Positions 48,783 to 57,775 of a stretch of 64,000 nucleotides of DNA are shown in pieces (within the stretch, counting starts at the first letter, position 1; every line of letters starts with the position of its first letter). The stretch comes from an uncultured Candidatus Saccharibacteria bacterium. Its GTDB lineage: Bacteria; Patescibacteriota; Minisyncoccia; RBG-13-40-8-A. Position numbers and translations under genes: made by a program. Location of the stretch: assembly GCA_965231075.1 (NCBI GenBank), contig OZ246412.1, forward strand, positions 463,282-527,281, in the 5' to 3' direction. The notes beneath the pieces were generated by a model that worked only from the letters and a program-made list of their open reading frames with translations, was not told where the DNA came from and ran no database searches.

Positions 48783-49246
48783 TTTATTGCTTTGTTAATG
48801 GCTTGCTGTTCTTCATCTGACAAATTATATCCTATCGACTTTCCAGCTTCGATTGGTTTGGTGTAAATTCTTGTTCCTTCGCGAGAATATAGTGAAGAGA
48901 TCACCAATCCATTGTTGTTGCTGTCCAGCAACGCCACTGCAAAACTTTGATCTCCGCCCGTATCCTTAAACGGATTAAATCTTACCACGCCAACCTTGGT
49001 GATTGAGATGTCAGAAATTTTTTGTAATTTTTCGTTCCAATCAGAAAGTTTTTTAATGTCATTTTTAACTTCCTTGATGAGTTTGGTTTGTTCGGTTACC
49101 ACCTCCTCGACGTCCATCACTTTCGCACCCTTCATAAAAATTTTAATTTTCTTCCGTGTCTTCAAAAATAAAAACACTAAAATAATATCAACAACTGTTA
49201 AAATTGCTAAAATTATTAAAATTAAATTGTTGGTCAAAATAGACAT
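48779..49246 (-). CDS. DUF4446-family protein
   Basis: KVGVVRFNPF.DTGGDQSF..ALLD...NG..ISSL..R.GTR.Y.K. Confidence 0.85.
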   Translation of the reverse strand: MSILTNNLILIILAILTVVDIILVFLFLKTRKKIKIFMKGAKVMDVEEVVTEQTKLIKEVKNDIKKLSDWNEKLQKISDISITKVGVVRFNPFKDTGGDQSFAVALLDSNNNGLVISSLYSREGTRIYTKPIEAGKSIGYNLSDEEQQAINKAIK

Positions 49247-49274
49247 ATTTTTTACGTTCGGACCTGTCCATCTT

Positions 49275-49329
49275 TGGCGGAGAGTGGAGGATTTTCCGCC
49301 CAAGGCGGACCAGCCTCGGGCTGGGAACT
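49275..49329 (-). pseudogene. tRNA-Ser-like 3' fragment with a 30-nt double hairpin inserted in the T-loop
   Basis: Minus strand AGTTC[ccagcccgaggctggtccgccttgggcgga]AAATCCTCCACTCTCCGCCA, 5 nt downstream of tRNA-Ser. Confidence 0.75.
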
Positions 49330-49334
49330 ACATT

Positions 49335-49421
49335 CGGAGAGGGTGAGATTCGAACTCACGATACCTTTTCAGATATACCGCTTTTCGAGAGCGGCCCATT
49401 CAACCACTCTGGCACCTCTCC
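49335..49421 (-). tRNA. tRNA-Ser(CGA)
   Basis: CCGCT-CTCGAAA-AGCGG, long variable arm. Confidence 0.95.
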
Positions 49422-49431
49422 ATTATTGCGG

Positions 49432-49502
49432 TGGACCCAGGGGGAGTCGCACCCCCGACTCATCCATGCCATGGATGTGTTTTACTGCTGAACTATGGGC
49501 CC
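49432..49502 (-). tRNA. tRNA-Ala(GGC)
   Basis: G3:U70, CATCC-ATGGCAT-GGATG; T-loop TGCGACT. Confidence 0.92.
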
Positions 49503-49516
49503 AAAAAACTCTCGAT

Positions 49517-49588
49517 TGCCCCGACGAGGAATTGGACCCCGATCTCTCCCTTAGGACGGGATTGCTCTATCCGTTGAGCTATCAGGGC
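49517..49588 (-). tRNA. tRNA-Arg(CCT)
   Basis: TCCC-GTCCTAA-GGGA; T-loop TCCAATT. Confidence 0.9.
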
Positions 49589-49680
49589 TCAATATTTTTT
49601 AATCCTAACACACTTTTATTATAATTTAAACCCCCCAGCATCAAAATTTGATGTGGGGGTAAAAATTAATTTAAACTTGT

Positions 49681-49896
49681 TTATTCTACTGTGATAATCT
49701 GTACCGGACAAGCTGCAGCCGCTTCCTTGTTACAACCAGGATCGTCTATTTCTAACTCAAACTTATCTCCGCCCATGTCTTTGGCATCTTTTAAAGATGA
49801 TTTTCCGTCATCTCCCATGTGCCAAAAACTTGGACAAACCGCGACACAGGTCCCGCAACCAATGCATTTGTCTCGTTGTTGTGTGATTTTTGCCAT
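49681..49896 (-). CDS. Single-cluster ferredoxin
   Basis: CIGCGTC...CP and C-terminal ACPVQ.I. Confidence 0.92.
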   Translation of the reverse strand: MAKITQQRDKCIGCGTCVAVCPSFWHMGDDGKSSLKDAKDMGGDKFELEIDDPGCNKEAAAACPVQIITVE

Positions 49897-49964
49897 AAAT
49901 TAAGGATTACTTTTTAATAATTACCTGATTTTATCAATATAGCACAAATTAAAGATCAAAACAA

Positions 49965-50675
49965 CTAAAATCTTAAGTATTCGTCCCAATAATCATAGAG
50001 TTCTTTTGTGGCAACGATGTCGTGGCTATTATATTCGGCAATTTCCTTAAACTTCCCTTCTCGGAACATTCTAGTGACATCCTCGCCTTTTACTCCTTCC
50101 GATTTGGGACTCTTAATCCCAAACGCCCTAGACCACATGTGTAGGCCACCTTTTTTTCTGGTTGATCCGTAAAAAGTTAATTGATCATATAAATCAACGT
50201 GTTTGGCATTGAATTTCTGTAAATTAAGATAACGATTAGATAATAAATCTTTGCTTGGCCTGATTCCGTGAATTGCCGATCTCACCATTAAAAATGGAAC
50301 ATCGAATCCTCGACCATTAAAACTAATAAACTCATCGTATTTTATTGCTAGTTCCCAAAATTTTTCTAACATTTCTGGTTCGGTCATTTGTTTAAATTTA
50401 ATCCCATCTTTTTCAAATTCTTTGATTTCTTTTCCGGGCGCCTGGAAATAAACCGCGCCCTGCTCTTTTTCGTAATCCAAAACGCCAATTACTACAACCT
50501 CGCCAGTTAACGGCGAAAACCCAAGCCCATCTTTGAGATCGCTTAGATCTTTTTCGTATTCTTCTTTGTTATCGATTTCTTTTCTAATCCAATGCGTTAA
50601 AACTTCCTGAGTGGTTTCATCAAGCTTATCAAAATCCTCGCCAATTGTTTCAATGTCAAAAACTAGTTTGGGCAT
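49965..50675 (-). CDS. PolB-like 3'-5' exonuclease domain protein
   Basis: FDIET, FNGRGFDVPF, YN..D DEDDy motifs. Confidence 0.9.
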   Translation of the reverse strand: MPKLVFDIETIGEDFDKLDETTQEVLTHWIRKEIDNKEEYEKDLSDLKDGLGFSPLTGEVVVIGVLDYEKEQGAVYFQAPGKEIKEFEKDGIKFKQMTEPEMLEKFWELAIKYDEFISFNGRGFDVPFLMVRSAIHGIRPSKDLLSNRYLNLQKFNAKHVDLYDQLTFYGSTRKKGGLHMWSRAFGIKSPKSEGVKGEDVTRMFREGKFKEIAEYNSHDIVATKELYDYWDEYLRF

Positions 50676-50786
50676 GTTTTATTTTTACTTAATTTGTTTC
50701 TTTATTAATTATAGCAGAATTGACCCAATTTTAAAATTTTGTTAAGATTAAATCCTAAAATAGCTCTTAAAATCAAGGAGGAAATT

Positions 50787-51842
50787 ATGCTTAATCACGC
50801 TTATCCGGTCAAGATTTTTGCAACCACAGGAACCGCTAAGTTGGCAGAGGAAATTTCCGAAGAATTAAGGAAAATCCTTCCGCTAGAGTATCGACCAGAA
50901 GATGGGAGAATTTTGGGCAGAGTTAACTTCGAAGAATTTTCTAATGAAAACTTCCAAGCACAACTCATTGATAATGTGAGAGGACATTTTGTAATCGTTG
51001 TCCACACGCAGGTACCACCGGTACACAATGGTCTTTTCGAATTATTCGGCATTTTGGATGCAATCAAAAACGCCCAAGCCGCCGACATTCTTCTGGTGTT
51101 CCCCTACATGCCCTACGTCAGATCCGATCGCAAAAACAAACCAAGAATTTCGGTTATGGCTCATCGATTGGCCGACATTATTAGTAACTCCTTCCGGATC
51201 AGAAGAGTGCTTCTCATGGATCCTCATGATTCTCACGTGAAACATTATTTTGAACCGGCCGCGGATGAGATCACAGCAATTAATCTTGTGGGAGATTATC
51301 TGGAAAGAAAATTCTTTTCTATACACCCCAAGCAAGATTGTGTTATGGTGTTTGCCGATGCCGGCGCTGCCAAGAAATACGGAACACTTGCTCACGATCT
51401 CCAAATTGCTTCCGCATATATCGACAAGGACCGACCCGACGATATGGAAAACCCGGAAATCAAGAAAGTTGTCGGTAGTGTCGATGGGCGCGTTTGCATT
51501 TTGATCGACGATGAAATTCTAACCGGAAAAACCTCTGTTCAAGATGCCGAAACCTTAATCAAAGAAGGCGCCCTAGAAGTTCACGCATTCGCCATACATG
51601 GAATTTTAAACAACAAGAAGACTTCCTGGGAGGCAGTGATTAAGAAGATTGATGAATCTCCAATCAGAACCGTTGTGGTGACAGACAGCATCCCTGTTCG
51701 CCACAAAATCGATTCAAATCCAAAATTCGTTGTCCTGAGCGTGGTCAAACTTTTGGCCCACGCAATCGGCAATGCGGTTCAAGGCGGTTCATTGAGTGCG
51801 CTTCACGAACGAAAAAATGTTGATCTTTATCGTGGAACCTGA
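50787..51842 (+). CDS. prs: Ribose-phosphate pyrophosphokinase (divergent)
   Basis: F.NE, VRG, PYMPY.R.DRK, D.H, ADAG, LIDDEILTGKT; AAGGAGG SD. Confidence 0.9.
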   Translation: MLNHAYPVKIFATTGTAKLAEEISEELRKILPLEYRPEDGRILGRVNFEEFSNENFQAQLIDNVRGHFVIVVHTQVPPVHNGLFELFGILDAIKNAQAADILLVFPYMPYVRSDRKNKPRISVMAHRLADIISNSFRIRRVLLMDPHDSHVKHYFEPAADEITAINLVGDYLERKFFSIHPKQDCVMVFADAGAAKKYGTLAHDLQIASAYIDKDRPDDMENPEIKKVVGSVDGRVCILIDDEILTGKTSVQDAETLIKEGALEVHAFAIHGILNNKKTSWEAVIKKIDESPIRTVVVTDSIPVRHKIDSNPKFVVLSVVKLLAHAIGNAVQGGSLSALHERKNVDLYRGT

Positions 51843-51848
51843 CTTTAA

Positions 51849-51887
51849 AATACCTCGATTCCTAACGGAATCGAGGTATTCTTTTTT
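51849..51887. terminator. Terminator between convergent prs and efp
   Basis: aatacctcgattcc/ggaatcgaggtatt + T run. Confidence 0.85.
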
Positions 51888-51900
51888 GTCTATTTTGTTT

Positions 51901-52470
51901 TTATCCTTTACCGACTCTTTCTGTATAGTCGCCAGTTTCTGTATTAATTCTAATTATGTCTCCAGATTCGATAAACAATGGAACATTCACCATCGCACCG
52001 GTTTCGATTTTTACCGCTTTCACTCCACCTTGAGCAGTGTTTCCTTTAATGCTGGGTGGCGCTTCGATTACCTTAAAATCCATTTTCACCGGTAAATTTA
52101 CGTTAATAATTTTTCCTTCAAACTCGACAATTTCAACCGGACCATTTGGCTTCAAATAGGGGCTGATGTTTCCAATTTGTTCTTCGCTCATTTCAAATCT
52201 TTTTGAGGGATCATTCATCTCGCAAAAGAAATATTTTCCACGGTTGGCATAGAGAAACTTAACGTCTCGGTAATCAATGTTGGCCTCTTCAAAGCTGTCG
52301 GTGTGTTGAAAATTACGGCTCATGGTTTTACCGTTAATCAAATTTTTAATTTTAGTTTGTGCTACCGGTTTTCTTTGTTGCATTCTAACAAAACTAAATT
52401 CCATAACTTGGTATGGTTGTCCATCTAAAACAAAAATGACTCCCGGTTTAAGATCATTATAATTTATCAT
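51901..52470 (-). CDS. efp: Elongation factor P
   Basis: DLKPG, P..KGNTA.GG.K, ETG..V.VPLFI..GD.I.I.T.TG.Y.ER. Confidence 0.95.
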   Translation of the reverse strand: MINYNDLKPGVIFVLDGQPYQVMEFSFVRMQQRKPVAQTKIKNLINGKTMSRNFQHTDSFEEANIDYRDVKFLYANRGKYFFCEMNDPSKRFEMSEEQIGNISPYLKPNGPVEIVEFEGKIINVNLPVKMDFKVIEAPPSIKGNTAQGGVKAVKIETGAMVNVPLFIESGDIIRINTETGDYTERVGKG

Positions 52471-52652
52471 AAACTTATATTTACTTAGATATTCTTAATT
52501 TACCTTAAAATTTAATTTTCTGCAACCCCGACGCAAGGTCGGGGTAAAGTTTACTCTGTCATCAATGGGGCTCGACGCAATGCGAGATCGGCATAAATTA
52601 AAAATCACCCCGCAGTTGCGGGATGATTTTTATCAACAAATCCTAAATAAAA

Positions 52653-52850
52653 TTAAATTTTAGTTACATTTGTCGCGTTTGGTCCTTTTGGAGAATCAGC
52701 CTTGTCAAAAGACACATTGTCTCCAACTTTCAAATCCTCGAAAGTTACGCCCTTAAGTTCATTTTTGTGAAAAAATAAATCTTTAGCCTCACCTTCAACA
52801 GCGATGAATCCAAACCCTTTTTCGTTAAGGTTTTTTATTGTTCCTGTCAT
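52653..52850 (-). CDS. Cold-shock protein
   Basis: KGFGFI, DLFFH, KGP.A.NV. Confidence 0.95.
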   Translation of the reverse strand: MTGTIKNLNEKGFGFIAVEGEAKDLFFHKNELKGVTFEDLKVGDNVSFDKADSPKGPNATNVTKI

Positions 52851-52859
52851 GTTTGCTCG

Positions 52860-52909
52860 CCCTGTTAAATTTCGCCTACGGCGAACCCGCTTCGCGGGAT
52901 TTAACGGGG
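52860..52909 (-). repeat. Three-way-junction palindromic element, copy 3
   Basis: ccctgttaaat-[ttcgcctacggcgaa][cccgcttcgcggg]-atttaacgggg. Confidence 0.85.
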
Positions 52910-53030
52910 TAAATTAATGATTAACGTTTTAAGGTCTTCCCTAAAGTTTGGTTTCAAAAATAAACTCGACTAAATTTTTATTAAGCAACCCACTTGTACC
53001 GTGTAATCATAACACGTATCGAATAAATAA

Positions 53031-53612
53031 TCAATCTCTTCTTTCTCGCACAAATCCGATGCGTTTATTCTGCGCTGTTCTTTTTATAAAATGTGCTAGG
53101 GCTTTTTTGTACATACTCGCATCATATTGTTTATAATCATCAATATATGCTATGCGAATACGTTGATAGGAGGGTGGCATTTTTTGAAAATGTTTCCAAG
53201 CCTCTTTGTTTGCTTTTAACGCCTTTAAGGTTTCTGGAGAAATTTTGAGTTTTTCTTCTTTGTCTGTTTTGGGATTAAACGCATGTACAACAGCTTTAAA
53301 TCCCCATTTTGTCATTTTGTTTTCTTTAATAAGTTCGCGTATGCGTTCTTTGTTCATTTGCGAAAGTACACTATTAGGTCTGCGCGGAGAAAAACGTTGA
53401 GCAAAAGATTCTGTGTCGATTTTTTTGACAGTGCTATCTATCCATCCGTAAGCAAGAGCCTCTAAAACTGCGTCGTCATACGAAATGCGAGGCTTCTTGG
53501 TTTCTTTACGATAATATACGAGCCAAATTTCGTTCTGCTTTTTATGATTTTTCGCTAACCACTTCCGCCAGTCCTTTCTATTAGTTACATATAATTTATT
53601 TTTGATTTCCAT
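53031..53612 (-). CDS. YdeI/OmpD-associated family protein
   Basis: WRKWL.KNH, EAL.YGWIDS, RFSPRR..S..S..NK.R. Confidence 0.9.
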   Translation of the reverse strand: MEIKNKLYVTNRKDWRKWLAKNHKKQNEIWLVYYRKETKKPRISYDDAVLEALAYGWIDSTVKKIDTESFAQRFSPRRPNSVLSQMNKERIRELIKENKMTKWGFKAVVHAFNPKTDKEEKLKISPETLKALKANKEAWKHFQKMPPSYQRIRIAYIDDYKQYDASMYKKALAHFIKRTAQNKRIGFVRERRD

Positions 53613-53670
53613 GTTGTTATCCTGTCAAAAAACCACCTCGATTAAAAGGTAGTTCTATTGAAATTCCTCT

Positions 53671-53746
53671 TGGGGTGCCCAACGGGAATCGAACCCGTAT
53701 AGCTGGTTCCACAAACCAGAACTCTAACCGTTGAGCTATGGGCACC
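53671..53746 (-). tRNA. tRNA-His(GTG), G-1 and CCA encoded
   Basis: CTGGT-TTGTGGA-ACCAG. Confidence 0.95.
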
Positions 53747-53801
53747 ATAATCTATATCATAATTTAAAACACATTTTAAGTCAAATAAAAGAGGGGCGTG
53801 G

Positions 53802-54005
53802 TTAGCGCCCCGTTGTCTCCTGAAGCAAGAAATGTAGATGTGGTGGAAGCTGATCCGGTCTCTTGGCGCTGCTGTGGAAGCTGCTCGTCGAGGTTCTGAC
53901 CGTAATCGCTGCTGTGTGTTTGAATTGGCGGATATCGGGACTAGTACATCCCGTCGATGGATGAATGCCGTCCGCACACATCACCCCGCAACTGTGACAA
54001 TACAT
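53802..54005 (-). CDS. Small Cys/His-rich hypothetical protein
   Basis: MYCHSCGVMCADGIHPSTGC...; AAAGGAAG upstream; GC hairpin at stop. Confidence 0.5.
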   Translation of the reverse strand: MYCHSCGVMCADGIHPSTGCTSPDIRQFKHTAAITVRTSTSSFHSSAKRPDQLPPHLHFLLQETTGR

Positions 54006-54085
54006 TTTCACTTCCTTTCAGTGTGCAAAATAAATAGGCGTTTAGCCTACATCCATAATACTATAATAGATTTTTAAAATCAAGA

Positions 54086-55204
54086 TTATTCCCCGATTAG
54101 TCCCTCCTCTGTATAGATATTTCTAGGATTCCACAAAAGCCAACCCATTCCACCAGCATCATCGGTGGCCTGTTTCTGCAATTCAATCATTTTGGCGTCA
54201 TAAATTGCGCCCATATTAAAGTCCTGCAACCATGGTCTCAATTTGGCTAACTCTAGTTCCGGATTCGACGCCGACAAACTGGCAATTCTTTCGTTTCCTT
54301 TTTGCAGTTCTTTAAAAATTACTTCGTAGGGATAACTGGCTGGGTTTTCAAAACCCATAAATCCGGGCGGATAGTGTGATGGATAAACCATCGGACAAAC
54401 ATAATCAAAATAAGGCACAGCATATTCTAACCACTGTCCAATTCCTAGGTCATTTGTACTGCTCATTGTTAAACCAAATAAATCTGCCGAAATTGGAATG
54501 TTTAATGGCTTTAACCTTTGATCAATATATTCAAAAAATTGTCTAATAATTTCTTTTTTGGGTGTTTTTTGGTCCCAAAACGGATAAATTGCGCTAGAAA
54601 CGTTGCCGTCAGAAGGAAAGCGAATATAGTCAAAATTAATTTCATCAAAACCAACTTTAATTGCCTCCTTGGCAATTTCTAAATTGTAATCCCAAACCTC
54701 TTGTGATGCCGGATCAACCCACGCCAAACCGTTATTGTCTTCCCAAATTCCACCACCGGGTTTCTTGATTGCTAAATCAGTTCTTTCTCTGGGTAGATAG
54801 TTGTCTTCGAAAACGGCAATTCTGGCAATTATATAAATATTTTCTGTGTGTAATTTTCTTATTAATCCGTTAATATCTTTGATAAAGATCTTTTCTGAAC
54901 CAATTTTTTTAATCATGTCACTTTTGGTTTCAAACGGAACCCTGCCAGTATAATCTTTTAAATCAATCACAATCGCATTTAGTTCTGTGTTCTTTATTAG
55001 GTCAATTAATTCATTTATTCGATCATTTCCGGCGGTTCTAAATGTTGCATAAACTCCCTTAGCGGCAAACGGCTCTGGCTTTTTGATTAAATCAATTAAA
55101 AAATCTCCTCGCCCCACAAATATGGTGCGAGGAATATCAGTAACAATAAACCCGATTATCACTAACACAATAATCAAAAAAATAAAGATTTTATCTTTTT
55201 CCAT
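54086..55204 (-). CDS. Putative glycoside hydrolase (DUF4015-like)
   Basis: NAIVIDLKD, IARI.VFED, GFDEINFDYIRFP, PMVYPSHY, RPWLQDF. Confidence 0.88.
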   Translation of the reverse strand: MEKDKIFIFLIIVLVIIGFIVTDIPRTIFVGRGDFLIDLIKKPEPFAAKGVYATFRTAGNDRINELIDLIKNTELNAIVIDLKDYTGRVPFETKSDMIKKIGSEKIFIKDINGLIRKLHTENIYIIARIAVFEDNYLPRERTDLAIKKPGGGIWEDNNGLAWVDPASQEVWDYNLEIAKEAIKVGFDEINFDYIRFPSDGNVSSAIYPFWDQKTPKKEIIRQFFEYIDQRLKPLNIPISADLFGLTMSSTNDLGIGQWLEYAVPYFDYVCPMVYPSHYPPGFMGFENPASYPYEVIFKELQKGNERIASLSASNPELELAKLRPWLQDFNMGAIYDAKMIELQKQATDDAGGMGWLLWNPRNIYTEEGLIGE

Positions 55205-55209
55205 TCTAA

Positions 55210-55281
55210 TACCCTCAGTAGGAATCGGACCTACATCACCTGCTTAGAAGGCAGGTGCTCTATCCATTGAGCTATGAGGGC
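55210..55281 (-). tRNA. tRNA-Arg(TCT)
   Basis: CCTGC-CTTCTAA-GCAGG; T-loop TCCGATT. Confidence 0.93.
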
Positions 55282-55288
55282 AAAAATC

Positions 55289-57763
55289 TTAAAATTTCCT
55301 TTTTTTCACATCTATTGGCTTCATCTTTTTGAGGATTTTTGTCTCTAGCTCCTTGCTGGATAATTGTTCTCTTTTGAATAGTCCTGAAAATAATCTATTT
55401 AAAAATCCTTTTCTATTTTTCTTCTCTTTTAACCTATAAGGTGGAGCTGCTTCTTCTCTGTTTGAATTGCCCAATATTACGCCACCATCATAAAGTGCTT
55501 GCTTTATATCTTCTTCGCTTAATTCGGCAAATTTTATTGATTCTTTCGGAGTTTCAATTTCTTGTTCTGTTTTTTTTGTCTCTACGCTGCCAGACACAAT
55601 TATATCTGTTTTAATCTTATCGGCTATCTTGCGCATCACTTCCGGATCCACTGGATTAATATTTTCTTTTTTCGCCTCTACCTTCTTTCGGTTGCCCAGT
55701 CTAAGTTCTTGTTGTCTTTGTTTTTGTAGTTCTTTTAGTTCGCCTTTAAGTCTTTCTAGTTCGGAATTTATCCCATAATAACCCAAATCCCTGACTACTG
55801 GTTTTTTCCTAAACCAGCCCAATGGTCGGTAGATTGCCATTCTTTGCTCGGCTTGTTCAATTTCTTTGTTTTTTCTTTCTATTTTTTGAAGAATGTTCTC
55901 TTCGGCTTCAGTTTTTATTTCAACTTTAATTTCTCCAGCAACGGTTGTTTCCGACACTTCTTTCTCCTTGTCTGCGCCAGATATGTATTTTTCTAACTCA
56001 CTTCCTGGTAATATCTTAGCATCAATCCTATCTAAGATATCCTTTAAATTCAACTTTTCGTTCGCATCTGTTCGCGGAACTATCCATAAATGTTCTCTGA
56101 TTCTCAAACCAACATCAAATAGACTCTTGTCCAACTCTTTGTCTGAGAATATGAAGAAACTTTTTCCTGTTGTGTCCCACTTAAAATAACTTGCCCCTAC
56201 CGATTGAGCAGCAAAAGCTCCTCCTGGCAATTCACCTTTTACGTCGATTACTGTTTTCCCAAGTTTGGTTTCAATAATAAACCCTTTTTGTTCAAATTCT
56301 TTTAGTTTGTCTTTTGAGACCTCTATAACCTTCCTCTGTTGTTCTTGTCGGTTAATTTTTCTCATTTTCCCATTTTCTTCAATCTCGCCAATCAAATTAT
56401 ATTTCTTTAATTCCTCTTCTGTTAATTCTCGGTTGTAACCACTGTCCTCTCTGAAAAATTTCAATAATTCAGGAAAGTCCATAAATCGATGCAACCCCAA
56501 AATCGTTTTATCTGACTTGTTCCAATTTTCTGGTTTACCAATTTCTTGATAACCCTGACTGTCAATTAAATCAATAAATTCGATCATTCTAGGAATTGCC
56601 TCTATGTCATTACGCTTTATTCTTTTGTTGTTTTCAAACATTCTAAGTTTGTCGAGCAGTTTAAACACCATTCCGGCTGCCGATGGAGCGCCGTCTGGAT
56701 GATGGTCAATGATCATCCCCATATTAAATAACGGATTTTTATCTTTTCTTTCGAGTTTTATCGCTTCTTTATCGTCTAGGTCTAGTACCTGTAATTCGTT
56801 TTCTACTTCTCTTAAAATACCCACCCCATTATATTGACCGACGTCCATGTGGATTTTGTTCTTGGATCTTTCGTTGGGGTTAATGTACGAGATACTACCC
56901 TTTTTTGTATCGTTCCAGCCAGCTAATCCGAGCAATCCCAAACAAACCTTCCCGTCTAGATCTGTTTCTTGATTACTCCACGCAACATTGTGAACTGCAA
57001 AATTTCTGAACGCATAGGGAATCGTTTTTTTAAATTTTTCTTTTAGGTTGTCTATGGCTTGACCATAAATGTCTTCATACGAATATCGCTCTTTTCCTTT
57101 TTCCAGCTTTTTCTCAACCTTGTCCATTTCCCGGCCAATCTTTTCTTTAATCCATAAATCAATAGCTTCTTCCCATGTCAATTTTTCCGACTTAGCTCCC
57201 GTCTCTGTTTCTGTCTTTATTATCGTTTCTGGTTCTGTTTCTTCTGTCGTCGATTGATTTTCCTTGTTTTCAACAACGGGAATATCTTCGGCAATTCTTT
57301 CCGCCATTTTTCTCAATGACTCGTCTACCGAATCAATTGGTGGATCCAATAATATTGGTCTCTTTGAAGATCGTTCTGGTTTAGTTTTTCTTTGAGGTTT
57401 TTGTTCTCGGTATAAGTTCCTGCATACTTGTTCCCATTTATCAATTTCCTCTTGCGGTCGGTTGTTCTTTCTGGCAAATTCTAACGCCTCCTGTGCTTCT
57501 TTTAGTGAACGATCAGGAATTGTTTCTTCGTGTGCAGGGAGAAACCCCTTAACATCTTCTGCGGTATTGTTAGAGGGTTTTTTTGTTTCGTCTTTTTCTT
57601 CTTGTGCTGTTTGTTCTACTTCTTCTGGCAATATTTCACCTGGCAATAAGTCTGCACGTTCCATGTCTTCGGGACTCAAAATTCTGACCTTTTTAGTTCT
57701 TTTGGGTTTAGTAGATTTTAATTTTTCAGTTTTTTCGCCAATTCTCTCTCTTGATCTAGACAT
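55289..57763 (-). CDS. Large charged protein with central DHH-like domain
   Basis: H...DLDG, MDVG, IIDHH, D..D; low-complexity flanks. Confidence 0.7.
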   Translation of the reverse strand: MSRSRERIGEKTEKLKSTKPKRTKKVRILSPEDMERADLLPGEILPEEVEQTAQEEKDETKKPSNNTAEDVKGFLPAHEETIPDRSLKEAQEALEFARKNNRPQEEIDKWEQVCRNLYREQKPQRKTKPERSSKRPILLDPPIDSVDESLRKMAERIAEDIPVVENKENQSTTEETEPETIIKTETETGAKSEKLTWEEAIDLWIKEKIGREMDKVEKKLEKGKERYSYEDIYGQAIDNLKEKFKKTIPYAFRNFAVHNVAWSNQETDLDGKVCLGLLGLAGWNDTKKGSISYINPNERSKNKIHMDVGQYNGVGILREVENELQVLDLDDKEAIKLERKDKNPLFNMGMIIDHHPDGAPSAAGMVFKLLDKLRMFENNKRIKRNDIEAIPRMIEFIDLIDSQGYQEIGKPENWNKSDKTILGLHRFMDFPELLKFFREDSGYNRELTEEELKKYNLIGEIEENGKMRKINRQEQQRKVIEVSKDKLKEFEQKGFIIETKLGKTVIDVKGELPGGAFAAQSVGASYFKWDTTGKSFFIFSDKELDKSLFDVGLRIREHLWIVPRTDANEKLNLKDILDRIDAKILPGSELEKYISGADKEKEVSETTVAGEIKVEIKTEAEENILQKIERKNKEIEQAEQRMAIYRPLGWFRKKPVVRDLGYYGINSELERLKGELKELQKQRQQELRLGNRKKVEAKKENINPVDPEVMRKIADKIKTDIIVSGSVETKKTEQEIETPKESIKFAELSEEDIKQALYDGGVILGNSNREEAAPPYRLKEKKNRKGFLNRLFSGLFKREQLSSKELETKILKKMKPIDVKKRKF

Positions 57764-57775
57764 ATAAATTAATTA

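Noticed and set aside
49247-49303. N-terminal extension of the DUF4446 ORF
   Set aside because: Derived from the tRNA fragment and hairpin insert; ATG at 49246 precedes the TM helix
53790-54030. GC-rich stretch as tmRNA, RNase P or SRP RNA
   Set aside because: No tRNA-like ends, P4 motif or SRP loop; a small SD-led ORF fits better
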